A stretch of DNA of 64,000 bases from Pedobacter sp. (GCA_008015505.1 SSFR01000004.1:15194-79193); one strand, 5' to 3'; positions 51,311 through 62,027 are shown, numbered from the stretch's first letter. Program-made: numbers and translations. The notes: a model not told the origin generated them from the sequence alone.

Positions 51311-52852
51311 GTGGATAACAAAATAGAACACCTACAAACCAAAAGAGAAGAGGCTTTATTGGGTGGTGGAGAGACCCGCATTCAGAGTCAGCATCAAAAA
51401 GGCAAACTTACCGCTCGCGAACGGATTCATTTTTTACTAGATGAAGGTTCTTTTGAGGAAATTGGCATGTTTGTCACCCATCGTTCCACTGATTTTGGCA
51501 TGGAGAACGAGCGCTACCTCGGCGATGGTGTAGTGACCGGATATGGAACCATTAATGGCCGCTTAGTTTACATCTTCTCACAAGACTTCACCGTTTTTGG
51601 TGGCTCACTTTCAGAAACACATGCCGAAAAAATTTGTAAGATCATGGACTTGGCTGTCCAAAATGGAGCTCCGCTCATTGGATTAAATGACTCAGGAGGC
51701 GCCCGTATTCAAGAAGGCGTCGTTTCATTAGGGGGATATGCAGATATTTTTTATCGGAATACCATGGCATCTGGAGTTGTTCCACAACTTTCTGTCATTA
51801 TGGGGCCCTGTGCGGGTGGAGCGGTATATTCTCCGGCCATCACTGATTTTATTTTGATGGTCGAAAATACTTCATACATGTTTGTTACTGGGCCCAACGT
51901 TGTCAAAACGGTAACTCATGAAGAAGTAAGTGCTGAAGAGTTAGGCGGAGCAAATACCCACGCGTCTAAATCAGGAGTGACTCATTTTGCATGTGCAAAT
52001 GAGCTTGCGGCGATTGGACAAATCAAGCAACTATTGAGCTACATGCCCCAAAACTGCGAAGAACAAGCACCCGCACTCCCCTACAAACACAGCCATGAAT
52101 CGCGACCAAAGCTCAATAAACTTATTCCAGAGAACTCCAATCAACCTTATGATATTCGAGAAATTATCGAGGAGATCATTGATACGGAGTCTTTCCTTGA
52201 AGTCCATAAAGATTTTGCGCAAAACTTAGTCGTTGGCTTTGCTCGCCTGGCTGGGCGAAGCATTGGTATTATTGCCAATCAACCCGCTTTTTTAGCTGGT
52301 GTTTTAGATATCAACGCATCGACCAAGGGGGCTCGATTTGTTCGTTTTTGTGATAGTTTCAATATTCCACTGCTTGTACTAGAAGATGTACCTGGCTTTT
52401 TACCCGGTACTGACCAGGAATGGAATGCCATCATTATCAACGGAGCAAAACTATTGTATGCATTCTGTGAAGCTACGGTCCCTCGTATTACGGTAATTAC
52501 ACGCAAGGCCTATGGGGGGGCCTATGACGTGATGAACTCCAAGCATATTGGTGCCGACATGAACTACGCCTGGCCCAGTGCCGAAATTGCTGTAATGGGT
52601 GCAAAAGGAGCGGCTGAAATTATTTTCAAGAAAGAACTTGCTACGGCTGAAGACACGAACACCAAGCTATTAGAAAAAGAAAAAGAATATTCCGAAATTT
52701 TTGCTAACCCCTATCGAGCTGCGGAGCGGGGCTTTGTCGATGAAGTGATCGAGCCTAGTGAAACCCGTATCAAACTCATCAAAGCATTCAATATGTTAGA
52801 GAATAAGGTAGTTAACAATCCTAGAAAAAAACATGGAAATATTCCGCTATAA
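51311..52852 (+). CDS. pccB: Acyl-CoA (propionyl/methylmalonyl-CoA) carboxyltransferase beta subunit
   Basis: [39 protein letters not shown] and KAYGGAY motifs; GTG start. Confidence 0.9.
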   Translation: MDNKIEHLQTKREEALLGGGETRIQSQHQKGKLTARERIHFLLDEGSFEEIGMFVTHRSTDFGMENERYLGDGVVTGYGTINGRLVYIFSQDFTVFGGSLSETHAEKICKIMDLAVQNGAPLIGLNDSGGARIQEGVVSLGGYADIFYRNTMASGVVPQLSVIMGPCAGGAVYSPAITDFILMVENTSYMFVTGPNVVKTVTHEEVSAEELGGANTHASKSGVTHFACANELAAIGQIKQLLSYMPQNCEEQAPALPYKHSHESRPKLNKLIPENSNQPYDIREIIEEIIDTESFLEVHKDFAQNLVVGFARLAGRSIGIIANQPAFLAGVLDINASTKGARFVRFCDSFNIPLLVLEDVPGFLPGTDQEWNAIIINGAKLLYAFCEATVPRITVITRKAYGGAYDVMNSKHIGADMNYAWPSAEIAVMGAKGAAEIIFKKELATAEDTNTKLLEKEKEYSEIFANPYRAAERGFVDEVIEPSETRIKLIKAFNMLENKVVNNPRKKHGNIPL

Positions 52853-52880
52853 AAATTTTCAGCAAATGATTAATGCTATT

Positions 52881-52969
52881 TGGGCGTGCCCCTTCGGGTC
52901 GGGCCATTCGTTACAAGTCCTCGTTTCGCTTTGCTACACTGCGGGCCTTCCACTGCTGTCCCTCACGCA
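52881..52969. repeat. 89-bp GC-rich structured intergenic repeat, copy A
   Basis: Colinear with 58441-58529 (73/89 identical by eye); C(UUCG)G loop and gcgtg/cacgc terminal pairing. Confidence 0.8.
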
Positions 52970-53029
52970 AAACACTAAAAATCAAACAAAATCATTCTAA
53001 CTGATCAACTAAACAAGCTCCAAGATAAC

Positions 53030-54136
53030 ATGGCAGAAAAGAAGAAAGTTAAACACACCCCTATCGTCACTAAAAAATCATTAGCTTTTTTAGAACAATA
53101 TATCAACAATGCATCTCCAACTGGTTTCGAGTGGGAAGGACAACGTTTATGGCTCGACTACATCAAACCATACACCGATGAGCACCTTGTCGATAATTAT
53201 GGTACTGCTGTAGCGATTATCAATTCCAAAGCCGACTATAAAGTAGTGATCGAAGCCCATGCCGATGAAATATCCTGGTTTGTAAACTACATCACCAAAG
53301 AAGGCTTGATTTACGTGATCCGCAATGGGGGCTCTGATCATCAAATTGCGCCATCCAAGCGGGTTAATATTCATACAGATAAAGGTATTGTCAAAGCGGT
53401 ATTTGGTTGGCCAGCTATTCATACCCGTAGTGGAGAAAAGGAAGAAGCCCCAACACTAAAAAACATCTTCTTAGATTGTGGCTGTACTTCTCAAGAAGAA
53501 GTAGAAAAACTAGGAGTTCATGTGGGCTGTGTCATTACCTACGAAGACCAATTCATGGTCCTCAACGACCGTTACTACGTAGGTCGCGCACTTGATAATC
53601 GCGCTGGCGGATTCATGATTGCCGAAGTAGCCCGATTACTTAAAGAGAATAAAAAAACACTGCCATTTGGCCTATATATTGTGAATTCTGTTCAGGAAGA
53701 AATTGGATTACGTGGTGCCGAAATGATTGCTAATCGCATCAAACCTAATTTAGCTATCGTAACTGATGTCACACACGATACGCAGACCCCCATGATTAGC
53801 AAAGTAACACAAGGAGATTTAGCCTGTGGTAAAGGCCCTGTTATTTCCTATGCACCTGCTGTTCAAACCAATCTTAATAAACTACTTATTCAAACAGCCA
53901 AGGAGCATGATATCCCCTTCCAACGACAAGCCTCATCACGCTCAACAGGTACAGATACTGATGCTTTTGCTTATTCAAATGGTGGGGTAGTATCAGCTCT
54001 AATCTCATTGCCATTGCGATACATGCACACCACTGTAGAAATGGTGCATAAAGAAGATATGGATAATGTGATCCGTTTGATTTATGAATCTTTACTTAAT
54101 ATTAAGGCGGGACATGATTTTCGTTCCATTAAATAA
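53030..54136 (+). CDS. M42 family metallo-aminopeptidase
   Basis: EAHADEI, ALDNRAG, VQEEIG, DVTH and RYMHT motifs. Confidence 0.93.
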   Translation: MAEKKKVKHTPIVTKKSLAFLEQYINNASPTGFEWEGQRLWLDYIKPYTDEHLVDNYGTAVAIINSKADYKVVIEAHADEISWFVNYITKEGLIYVIRNGGSDHQIAPSKRVNIHTDKGIVKAVFGWPAIHTRSGEKEEAPTLKNIFLDCGCTSQEEVEKLGVHVGCVITYEDQFMVLNDRYYVGRALDNRAGGFMIAEVARLLKENKKTLPFGLYIVNSVQEEIGLRGAEMIANRIKPNLAIVTDVTHDTQTPMISKVTQGDLACGKGPVISYAPAVQTNLNKLLIQTAKEHDIPFQRQASSRSTGTDTDAFAYSNGGVVSALISLPLRYMHTTVEMVHKEDMDNVIRLIYESLLNIKAGHDFRSIK

Positions 54137-54163
54137 AGAATATTACAATGATCTTGATCACAC

Positions 54164-54655
54164 ATGGAAACATTAAAAAGCCCCAAACAAAAAATCACTC
54201 CATTTTTGTGGTTTAATGACCAAGCCGAAGAGGCGGCCAAATATTATATTTCTATTTTCAAAAACTCAAAGATCACACGCCTTACCCATTATGGAGAGGT
54301 TGGTCCTGGTCCCAAAGGAGCAGTAATGTCTGTCGTATTTGAACTTGAAGGCCAGGAGTTTTTTGCTTTAAATGGAGGTCCACAATTTACCTTTACCCCA
54401 GCCATTTCATTATTTGTAGATTGCCAGACTCAGGAAGAAGTGGACCAGCTTTGGGAAAAGCTATCATCAGGAGGCAGAAAAGATCGTTGTGGCTGGCTTC
54501 AGGATAAATATGGTCTATCCTGGCAAATTATTCCCAATGCTTTGGGACAAATGCTAAATGATAAAGATCCTATAAAATCAAAAAAAGTCATGAATGCCAT
54601 GTTACAAATGACCAAAATCAATATTGATCAATTAAAACAAGCCTACGGAGACTAA
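54164..54655 (+). CDS. VOC / PhnB-like protein (DUBQ methyltransferase-like domain)
   Basis: KITPFLWF, ALNGGP.F.FTPAIS and CGWLQDKYGLSWQI motifs. Confidence 0.9.
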   Translation: METLKSPKQKITPFLWFNDQAEEAAKYYISIFKNSKITRLTHYGEVGPGPKGAVMSVVFELEGQEFFALNGGPQFTFTPAISLFVDCQTQEEVDQLWEKLSSGGRKDRCGWLQDKYGLSWQIIPNALGQMLNDKDPIKSKKVMNAMLQMTKINIDQLKQAYGD

Positions 54656-54749
54656 TACCAACCGGTATTGATGCACCCTTAAAGAAAATGTATTGGAACA
54701 TGACTATATATTCGCAATACACAAATCTCAATACACCATATCAAACACA

Positions 54750-55673
54750 ATGAAACCTACTTTACTTATTTTGGCTGCAGGGATGGCTAGTCGCTATGGG
54801 AGCATGAAACAGATTGACGCCTTTGGACCAAAAGGCGAAACCATTATTGATTATTCCATTTACGATGCCATCAAAGCAGGTTTTGGCAAAGTGGTATTTA
54901 TCATTCGTGAAGAATTTGCCAGTGATTTCAAATCAATCTTTGAGCCCAAACTAAAAGGTAAAATTAAAACTGACTATGTTTTTCAATCATTTGATCTGAA
55001 GCCTTTTGGAATTGAACAAATAATCGAAAGACAGAAGCCGTGGGGAACTGCACATGCTGTACTAGCGGCCCGAAATGCAATCAAAGAACCTTTCTGTGTA
55101 ATTAATGCCGATGATTTCTATGGAAATGATGCCTATCAGAAGATGCATCATTTCCTCACTCAGGAAGTAAGCGACACCCATTTTTCCATGATCGGTTACC
55201 AAATAGACAAGACTCTTTCCGAGCATGGGTCTGTTTCACGTGGAGTATGTACCACCAGTGCCAACGGGCATCTTACAAGCATACATGAACGAACCAAAGT
55301 GTATTGGAAAAAGGACAAAATTTTCTACGAAGAAGATAGCAGAGAATTTCCCCTAGATCCACACACACGCGTCTCAATGAACTTTTGGGGCTTCACTCCC
55401 AGAATATTTGATCTGTCGATGAACTTGTTCAAAGAATTCGCATTGGCTAATGCCACCAATCCTAAATCGGAATTCTTTATCACCTCACTCTCTGATACAA
55501 TCATCAAAAATGAGTTGGCTTCTTTCAAAGTCATACCCACCCCCAATCGATGGTTTGGTGTAACCTATAAAGAAGATAAACCCATTGTGCAGGCAAATAT
55601 TAATAAATTGATAGAAGAAGGAGTGTACCCCAAGAACCTTTGGGGTATTGAACATCCGAGTATCCTATCTTAA
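54750..55673 (+). CDS. Sugar-phosphate nucleotidyltransferase
   Basis: LILAAGMASRYG, KPWGTAHA, VINADDFYG and WFGVTYKED motifs. ATG 54750 is preferred. Confidence 0.88.
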   Translation: MKPTLLILAAGMASRYGSMKQIDAFGPKGETIIDYSIYDAIKAGFGKVVFIIREEFASDFKSIFEPKLKGKIKTDYVFQSFDLKPFGIEQIIERQKPWGTAHAVLAARNAIKEPFCVINADDFYGNDAYQKMHHFLTQEVSDTHFSMIGYQIDKTLSEHGSVSRGVCTTSANGHLTSIHERTKVYWKKDKIFYEEDSREFPLDPHTRVSMNFWGFTPRIFDLSMNLFKEFALANATNPKSEFFITSLSDTIIKNELASFKVIPTPNRWFGVTYKEDKPIVQANINKLIEEGVYPKNLWGIEHPSILS

Positions 55674-55708
55674 ACCAAAAGAGAAGGCCACATAGAAAGA
55701 AATGAGAA

Positions 55709-55735
55709 ATGGGTAGTGCACTGCCCATCTTTTTT
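55709..55735 (+). terminator. Probable intrinsic terminator
   Basis: atgggtag-tgca-ctgcccat followed by a T tract. Confidence 0.6.
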
Positions 55736-55746
55736 GATGTTGATTA

Positions 55747-55965
55747 TCAACAATTTCTATATTTTATTACACTGCCATTGAGTACACATGTTACTACACC
55801 CACCACTGACATAAGATTCCGTTGGTTTGTTAGGATGTGTTTAATTATCCACTTATAAAAATCATGAAGAATTCCTCCATTCACTTGATTCATTTGATTT
55901 CCACTTAGCGTTACAACTACTTCCTTATTTAAGGAAAGCTTTTTTGAAAATTTTATCTTTTTCAT
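55747..55965 (-). CDS. RiPP precursor peptide (Bacteroidota class I lanthipeptide-like / double-glycine leader)
   Basis: Leader MKKIKFSKKLSLNKEVVVTLSGNQMNQVNGG has LxLxKx5L and L(-12)/M(-7)/V(-4)/GG. The 41-aa core contains Ser/Thr and 2 Cys. Confidence 0.8.
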   Translation of the reverse strand: MKKIKFSKKLSLNKEVVVTLSGNQMNQVNGGILHDFYKWIIKHILTNQRNLMSVVGVVTCVLNGSVIKYRNC

Positions 55966-56262
55966 AATTATTTCTATTTTTTACTTATAGATTTATATTA
56001 AAAATTGATTAAATAAACATTTTTATTATCGGATTATTTCAAAACACATAGCAATAATAAAACCGATATTTCGCATTATAGATATTTTAAATCAATTAAA
56101 TGCAAATTATTTTTAAATAACATTTTTAAATACAATAATAATTTATTAAAATAATAAATCAACTAGAATTTAAATTATTTCAACAATTCAAACTCACATA
56201 GATTAAAGTTAATTTACACCCAAGCTTTAAGTGGGAAAACATCAGCTAATCTCTTTCAAACT

Positions 56263-56289
56263 AAAAAGGCCCGCATCAAGCGAGCCTTT
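56263..56289 (-). terminator. Intrinsic terminator of dnaK
   Basis: Minus strand reads aaaggctcgc-ttgat-gcgggccttttt. Confidence 0.7.
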
Positions 56290-56320
56290 CCAATTTCCAA
56301 AAGAAATTTAATGCAAATTT

Positions 56321-58231
56321 TTATTTATCGTCCTTTACTTCTTCAAAATCCACATCCGTCACAGTATCTCCGGCACCAGCTGTGCCATCATTACTCTCAG
56401 CATGAGGAGTACCCTGAGTTGTCCCTTCTCCAGTCGCTTTATACATCTCTTCTGACGCAGCATTCCATGCTTCCTGGAGTTCTGTTTGAGCAATCTCAAT
56501 AGCAGCAAAATCCTTAGCTGTATGTGCATCTTTTAGTTTCTTCAGACTGGTTTCAATAGCCGATTTTTTATCTGCTGATAACTTATCTCCATACTCTTTT
56601 AGCTGCTTCTCTGTAGAAAAAATAAGCGCATCTGCAGCATTGATCTTTTCTACTTCTTCTTTGGCTTTTTTATCAGCTTCCGCATTAGCAGTGGCTTCGT
56701 CTTTCATTCGCTTGATTTCTTCATCCGTCAATCCTGAAGAAGCTTCAATACGTATTTTCTGCTCTTTTCCAGTCGCCTTATCTTTAGCGGCAACATGTAA
56801 AATACCGTTAGCATCAATATCGAAAGTTACTTCAATCTGTGGAACACCACGCGGAGCTGGTGGAATGCCATCTAAATGGAAACGACCAATCGTACGATTT
56901 TGGTTTGCCATCGGACGTTCTCCCTGTAAAATATGAATCTCCACAGACGGCTGATTATCAGATGCCGTTGAAAATACCTCCGATTTTTTAGTAGGGATAG
57001 TGGTATTAGATTCAATCAACCTGGTCATTACCCCGCCCATTGTTTCAATACCTAATGAAAGTGGCGTCACATCGAGCAATAAAACATCTTTTACTTCACC
57101 TGTTAATACACCTCCTTGAATGGCAGCTCCAATAGCAACTACCTCATCCGGGTTTACTCCTTTAGAAGGATCTTTTCCAAAGAATGCTTTTACTGCCTCC
57201 TGAATCGCAGGAATACGTGTCGATCCACCCACAAGAATCACCTCGTCGATATCTGATGTTTTCAAGCCCGCATTTTTCAAAGCAGTTTTACAAGGCTCAA
57301 TTGTACGTTTAATTAAATCATGAACCAATTGCTCAAATTTTGCACGAGTTAATGTTTTCACCAAGTGTTTAGGAACACCATCACCGGCGGAGATATAAGG
57401 CAAGTTAATCTCAGTTTGCATCGCACTTGATAGTTCAACCTTTGCTTTCTCAGCAGCCTCTTTCAAACGTTGCAAAGCCATTGGATCCTTACGTAAATCT
57501 ATGGCTTCATCATTTTTAAACTCATCAGCCATCCAATCGATAATTGCCTGGTCAAAGTCATCTCCCCCAAGGTGTGTATCTCCATCGGTTGATTTTACTT
57601 CAAATACACCATCACCTAACTCCAATATAGATACATCATGGGTACCACCTCCACAGTCAAAAACAGCAATTTTCATATCCTTATGTGCTTTATCCAAGCC
57701 ATAAGCCAATGCAGCAGCGGTAGGTTCGTTAATGATACGGCTCACCTTCAGGCCAGCAATTTCTCCAGCTTCTTTGGTGGCTTGGCGTTGTGCATCATTA
57801 AAATAAGCAGGTACAGTAATAACCGCTTCTGTTACTTCCTGTCCCAAAAAATCTTCTGCTGTTTTCTTCATCTTCTGCAAAATCATCGCAGAAATTTCTT
57901 GAGGGGTGTATTTACGATCCTCTATTTCAATACGAGGCGTATTATTATCTCCCTTAACTACAGTATAGGGCACACGACTCATCTCTTTTTTTACTTCATC
58001 AAAGCTGTTCCCCATGAATCGCTTAATTGAAGAAATTGTCTTACGAGGATTTGTAATTGCCTGACGTTTGGCCGGATCCCCTACTTTACGTTCTCCATTA
58101 TCAACAAAAGCGACAATAGAAGGCGTTGTGCGCTTTCCCTCGCTATTGGCGATAACTACAGGCTCATTACCTTCCATTACCGCTACACAAGAATTTGTTG
58201 TTCCTAAGTCGATACCAATAATTTTTGACAT
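56321..58231 (-). CDS. dnaK: Molecular chaperone DnaK
   Basis: [36 protein letters not shown] and final DVDFEEV. Confidence 0.99.
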   Translation of the reverse strand: MSKIIGIDLGTTNSCVAVMEGNEPVVIANSEGKRTTPSIVAFVDNGERKVGDPAKRQAITNPRKTISSIKRFMGNSFDEVKKEMSRVPYTVVKGDNNTPRIEIEDRKYTPQEISAMILQKMKKTAEDFLGQEVTEAVITVPAYFNDAQRQATKEAGEIAGLKVSRIINEPTAAALAYGLDKAHKDMKIAVFDCGGGTHDVSILELGDGVFEVKSTDGDTHLGGDDFDQAIIDWMADEFKNDEAIDLRKDPMALQRLKEAAEKAKVELSSAMQTEINLPYISAGDGVPKHLVKTLTRAKFEQLVHDLIKRTIEPCKTALKNAGLKTSDIDEVILVGGSTRIPAIQEAVKAFFGKDPSKGVNPDEVVAIGAAIQGGVLTGEVKDVLLLDVTPLSLGIETMGGVMTRLIESNTTIPTKKSEVFSTASDNQPSVEIHILQGERPMANQNRTIGRFHLDGIPPAPRGVPQIEVTFDIDANGILHVAAKDKATGKEQKIRIEASSGLTDEEIKRMKDEATANAEADKKAKEEVEKINAADALIFSTEKQLKEYGDKLSADKKSAIETSLKKLKDAHTAKDFAAIEIAQTELQEAWNAASEEMYKATGEGTTQGTPHAESNDGTAGAGDTVTDVDFEEVKDDK

Positions 58232-58276
58232 GCTTTTATGTTCCTTCCTAAAATTTAAAATGATATAAATTATATG

Positions 58277-58291
58277 TCAAGCCTCATGCCA
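58277..58291 (-). promoter_or_regulatory. sigma54-like element TGGCA-tgaggc-TTGA upstream of dnaK
   Basis: Reverse complement of tcaagcctcatgcca, 45 nt before the ATG. Confidence 0.55.
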
Positions 58292-58440
58292 ACCATATTT
58301 ATCCGATTACTTGACAGGGTTCGTATCGTGAAAATGACAGCATGGCAGACATCCTAAAACAAAAGTCATCATCTAATCAAAGAAATGATTATCGGAATAT
58401 GATACCTAAATAAGACTTCCTAGTAAAAATTAATTATAGT

Positions 58441-58529
58441 TGGGCATGCCCCTTCGGGTCGGGTTATTCGTTGCAAGTCCTCGTTCCGCTTCACTGCACT
58501 GGGACCTTTGCACTACTATCCATCACGCA
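58441..58529. repeat. 89-bp structured intergenic repeat, copy B
   Basis: Matches 52881-52969. Confidence 0.8.
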
Positions 58530-58751
58530 GATAATCTAAATTAAACGTATCTCTCCCGGAAACTAATACATTTCATTATGAAATATTATAAACTCCTTAT
58601 ATATAATTTCGACCCTTCAGCTCAAGATTCCATTTTAAAATTTAATCGGATTGATTTCACCGAAGAGACCATCCTCCTCTACTAATATGTCCCTATCAGA
58701 ATATATAGCAGTCTAATAGCACCTAACTATTGCCCCTAATGCAGGAATAAG

Positions 58752-58800
58752 ATTAAACTAAAAAAGCCCTAGTTTTTAGCTAGGGCTTTTTTAGTTTAAT
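58752..58800. terminator. Terminator of the rpoA-rplQ operon (perfect 21-bp stem)
   Basis: attaaactaaaaaagccctag-tttttag-ctagggcttttttagtttaat. Confidence 0.85.
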
Positions 58801-58838
58801 CTTATTAATAAAGAATCAACTACCTTAAAACTCCATTA

Positions 58839-59387
58839 TTAATTTGATTCTGGTTCTACTTCTTCTTTACCAGTAGGAGTTGCTCCATTATTTTTACCAT
58901 CTAATGATGTTTCTACTCGAACATCTTCTAGCTCAGATTCAGTAGCCACATTAGTTCCTTTTTTAGTCTTAGATCCGCGCCTTCTAGTTGATTTTTTCTC
59001 AACCGCAACATCACCAGACTTATAAATTTCATTAAAATCGACAAGCTCAATTAAAGCCATAGAAGCATTATCTCCCAAACGATTACTTAATTTCAAAATA
59101 CGGGTATACCCTCCTGGACGGTTAGCAACTTTTTCCGCAACCTCACGAAAAAGAGTACTGACTACATCTTTATCCTGAAGATAGCTAAACACTGTTCTGC
59201 GAGAATGGGTTGTATCATTCTTTGATTTTGTAATAATTGGCTCAACATAAACACGCAAAGCTTTTGCTTTAGCCAAAGTTGTTGTAATACGTTTATGTAA
59301 GATAAGCGAAGAAGCCATATTTGCTAGCATCGCTTTACGATGACTACTTGTACGACTTAGATGATTATTTTTTTTACCGTGTCTCAT
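58839..59387 (-). CDS. rplQ: 50S ribosomal protein L17 with a C-terminal extension
   Basis: [27 protein letters not shown] and RPGGYTRI motifs. Confidence 0.98.
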   Translation of the reverse strand: MRHGKKNNHLSRTSSHRKAMLANMASSLILHKRITTTLAKAKALRVYVEPIITKSKNDTTHSRRTVFSYLQDKDVVSTLFREVAEKVANRPGGYTRILKLSNRLGDNASMALIELVDFNEIYKSGDVAVEKKSTRRRGSKTKKGTNVATESELEDVRVETSLDGKNNGATPTGKEEVEPESN

Positions 59388-59463
59388 TATTTATTGTATT
59401 TTCACGAGCATACCGTCGATCAACTATTTTAGGATCGGGAATTATGCACATTCGCTTTTAAAT

Positions 59464-60456
59464 TTAATCTTCGTCAAGTTTATATTTAGAAAGATTCATT
59501 CCAAAAGACAATCCTTTTGACCTAACTAATTCTTGTATTTCAGTTAAAGATTTTTTACCAAAATTTCTAAACTTAAGCATATCAGCAACATCAAAAGAAA
59601 CTAAATCAGCTAATGTACGTGTATCGGCCGCTTTCAAGCAATTTAGTGCACGTACGGAAAGATCTAGATCTGTCAATTCAGTCTTAAGAATTTTACGCAT
59701 TTGAACGAATTCCTCATCCACTTCTTTTGATTCTTCTTTATTTTGAGATTCTAGTATCATATTCTCATTAGAGAATAGCATAAAATGATGAATCAAAATT
59801 TTTGCAGCTTCCTTCAAAGCATCTTCCGGATGAATTGATCCATCGGTAACAATATCTAGTACCAATTTTTCATAATCTGTTTTTTGCTCAACCCGAAAAT
59901 TTTCAACCACATATTTAACATTCTTAATCGGAGTATAAATAGAATCAATTGCTATAACTCCAAGCTGGGAATCTATATTTTTATTCTCCTCAGCAGCAAC
60001 GTATCCCCTACCCTTATTAATTGTTAATTCCAACTCAAGCGTAACTGAGGTTTCCATATTACAAATTACCATGTCAGAGTTTAACACAGTGAAATTGCTT
60101 GAAAACTTAGATATTTCACCAGCTTTGAACTGTTCTTTGCCATTAACGACTACAAATATCCTTTCAGAATCACCAGATTCACCTATTTTCTTAAACCGCA
60201 CCTGCTTTAAATTAAGGATAATCTCTGTTAGATCTTCTACTACACCTTTAATTGTAGAAAATTCATGAGATACGCCAGAAAAGCGAACTGAAGTAATTGC
60301 AAAACCTTCTAAAGAAGATAAAAGTATTCTCCTTAAAGCATTACCAATTGTAACACCGAATCCAGGTTCTAATGGTCTAAATTCAAATGTTCCATCAAAA
60401 TCCGTAGATTTTTGCATGATAACCTTATCCGGTTTTTGAAATGCTAAAATTGCCAT
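59464..60456 (-). CDS. rpoA: RNA polymerase alpha subunit
   Basis: [30 protein letters not shown] and RNFGKKSL motifs. Confidence 0.99.
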   Translation of the reverse strand: MAILAFQKPDKVIMQKSTDFDGTFEFRPLEPGFGVTIGNALRRILLSSLEGFAITSVRFSGVSHEFSTIKGVVEDLTEIILNLKQVRFKKIGESGDSERIFVVVNGKEQFKAGEISKFSSNFTVLNSDMVICNMETSVTLELELTINKGRGYVAAEENKNIDSQLGVIAIDSIYTPIKNVKYVVENFRVEQKTDYEKLVLDIVTDGSIHPEDALKEAAKILIHHFMLFSNENMILESQNKEESKEVDEEFVQMRKILKTELTDLDLSVRALNCLKAADTRTLADLVSFDVADMLKFRNFGKKSLTEIQELVRSKGLSFGMNLSKYKLDED

Positions 60457-60535
60457 TTATTATTATGGTTAATATAATTGATACTATTTAAATGTAATCC
60501 AGCATGAGCAAAATCTAAAATTATGCTCATTTATT

Positions 60536-61144
60536 TTACTTAGAATACAATTCGACAATCAAATTTTCTTTGATATTTTCGGGGATTTCATCCCTATTTG
60601 GATAGTTTATGAAAACTCCTGTTAATTCTGATGGGCTCCACTCTAACCAACTATATTTATTTAATTTTCTCCCTAGAAGAGATTTTACAATTACTTCTAG
60701 TGATTTCGAACGCTCACGGACAGCAATAGTATCCCCAGGACGCAAAGAATAAGACGCAATATTAACCACAGATCCATTAACAGTGATGTGTTGATGGCTT
60801 ACCAATTGACGTGCTGATGAACGAGTTGGAGCAATTCCCAAACGGTAAACAACATTATCCAAACGAGCTTCCAAAAATTTCAATAAATTTTCTCCAGTAA
60901 TTCCTTCTTTTGCTGAAGATTTATGAAATAAATTTTCGAAATAGCGCTCAAGTACACCATAAGTGTATTTTGCCTTTTGCTTTTCCATTAGTTGAATAGC
61001 AAACTCTGATTGCTTTCCTCTTTTCCTAGAAGTCCCGTGCATCCCAGGAGGATAATTTTTTCTTTCTAATGCTTTATCAGGACCAAAAATAGGCTCTCTG
61101 AATCTTCTTGCAATTTTGGATTTTGGTCCAGTATATCTTGCCAT
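60536..61144 (-). CDS. rpsD: 30S ribosomal protein S4
   Basis: MARYTGPK and [13 protein letters not shown] motifs. Confidence 0.99.
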   Translation of the reverse strand: MARYTGPKSKIARRFREPIFGPDKALERKNYPPGMHGTSRKRGKQSEFAIQLMEKQKAKYTYGVLERYFENLFHKSSAKEGITGENLLKFLEARLDNVVYRLGIAPTRSSARQLVSHQHITVNGSVVNIASYSLRPGDTIAVRERSKSLEVIVKSLLGRKLNKYSWLEWSPSELTGVFINYPNRDEIPENIKENLIVELYSK

Positions 61145-61219
61145 TATTATAACATTTTTAAAGTATCATACAGCCTTTAGCTGCCGAATCTTAGCTTTAA
61201 AACCAATTGTAAATTAAAA

Positions 61220-61609
61220 TTAAACTCTTCTTCGTTTAGGGGGGCGACATCCATTATGAGGAAGAGGGGTATTATCATGTATAGAAGTAACCTCTATTCC
61301 ATTTGTTTGTAACGTCCTAATTGCGGACTCCCTACCAGATCCAGGGCCTTTAACATATACTTGAACCTTCCGCAAACCTAGATCATAAGCAGCTTTAGCA
61401 CAATCTGACGCAGCTTGACCAGCAGCATATGGCGTATTCTTCTTAGAGCCTTTAAAACCCATTTTACCTGCCGATGACCATGATATGGCCTGTCCTTGAG
61501 TATTTGTTAACGTAACAATTATATTATTGAATGAAGCATTGATGTGAGCCTCGCCCACCGATTCAACTACAACAACACGCTTTTTAGTTACTTTTTTAGT
61601 CTTTGCCAT
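61220..61609 (-). CDS. rpsK: 30S ribosomal protein S11
   Basis: [18 protein letters not shown] and [13 protein letters not shown] motifs. Confidence 0.99.
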   Translation of the reverse strand: MAKTKKVTKKRVVVVESVGEAHINASFNNIIVTLTNTQGQAISWSSAGKMGFKGSKKNTPYAAGQAASDCAKAAYDLGLRKVQVYVKGPGSGRESAIRTLQTNGIEVTSIHDNTPLPHNGCRPPKRRRV

Positions 61610-61622
61610 TATTTATGTAGTA

Positions 61623-62000
61623 TTACTTGGTAGCCTTTTTCTTGTTAGCAACAGTCTTACGTTTACCTTTTCGTGTACGGGTATTATTCTTCGTACGTTG
61701 CCCACGAACAGGTAAGCCCTTGCGATGACGTAGACCACGATAACATCCAATATCCATCAAGCGCTTAATGTTCAACTGAACCTCCGAACGTAAGGCCCCC
61801 TCTACTTTTATCTCATCCGAAATAAGTGCACGAATGGCTGTTAATTGATCATCTGACCAATCTTGAACCTTTACATCATAGCCAACTCCAACATGATTAA
61901 GTATACGCTGAGCAGTAGCTCTACCTATGCCGAAAATATAGGTAAGTCCAATTTCTCCTCTTTTATTTTTTGGTAAATCTATACCTGCTATCCTTGCCAT
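61623..62000 (-). CDS. rpsM: 30S ribosomal protein S13
   Basis: [10 protein letters not shown] and [17 protein letters not shown] motifs. Confidence 0.99.
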   Translation of the reverse strand: MARIAGIDLPKNKRGEIGLTYIFGIGRATAQRILNHVGVGYDVKVQDWSDDQLTAIRALISDEIKVEGALRSEVQLNIKRLMDIGCYRGLRHRKGLPVRGQRTKNNTRTRKGKRKTVANKKKATK

Positions 62001-62027
62001 TTATCTATATTGATGATGTGTTCAAAA

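Noticed and set aside
15255-58529. Repeats as a CRISPR array
   Set aside because: The copies are kilobases apart, with no repeat-spacer periodicity and no cas genes.
58530-58750. Hidden gene or tRNA in the 600-bp rplQ-dnaK gap
   Set aside because: Only very short ORFs and no cloverleaf. The gap is accounted for by a terminator, the repeat and the dnaK regulatory region.
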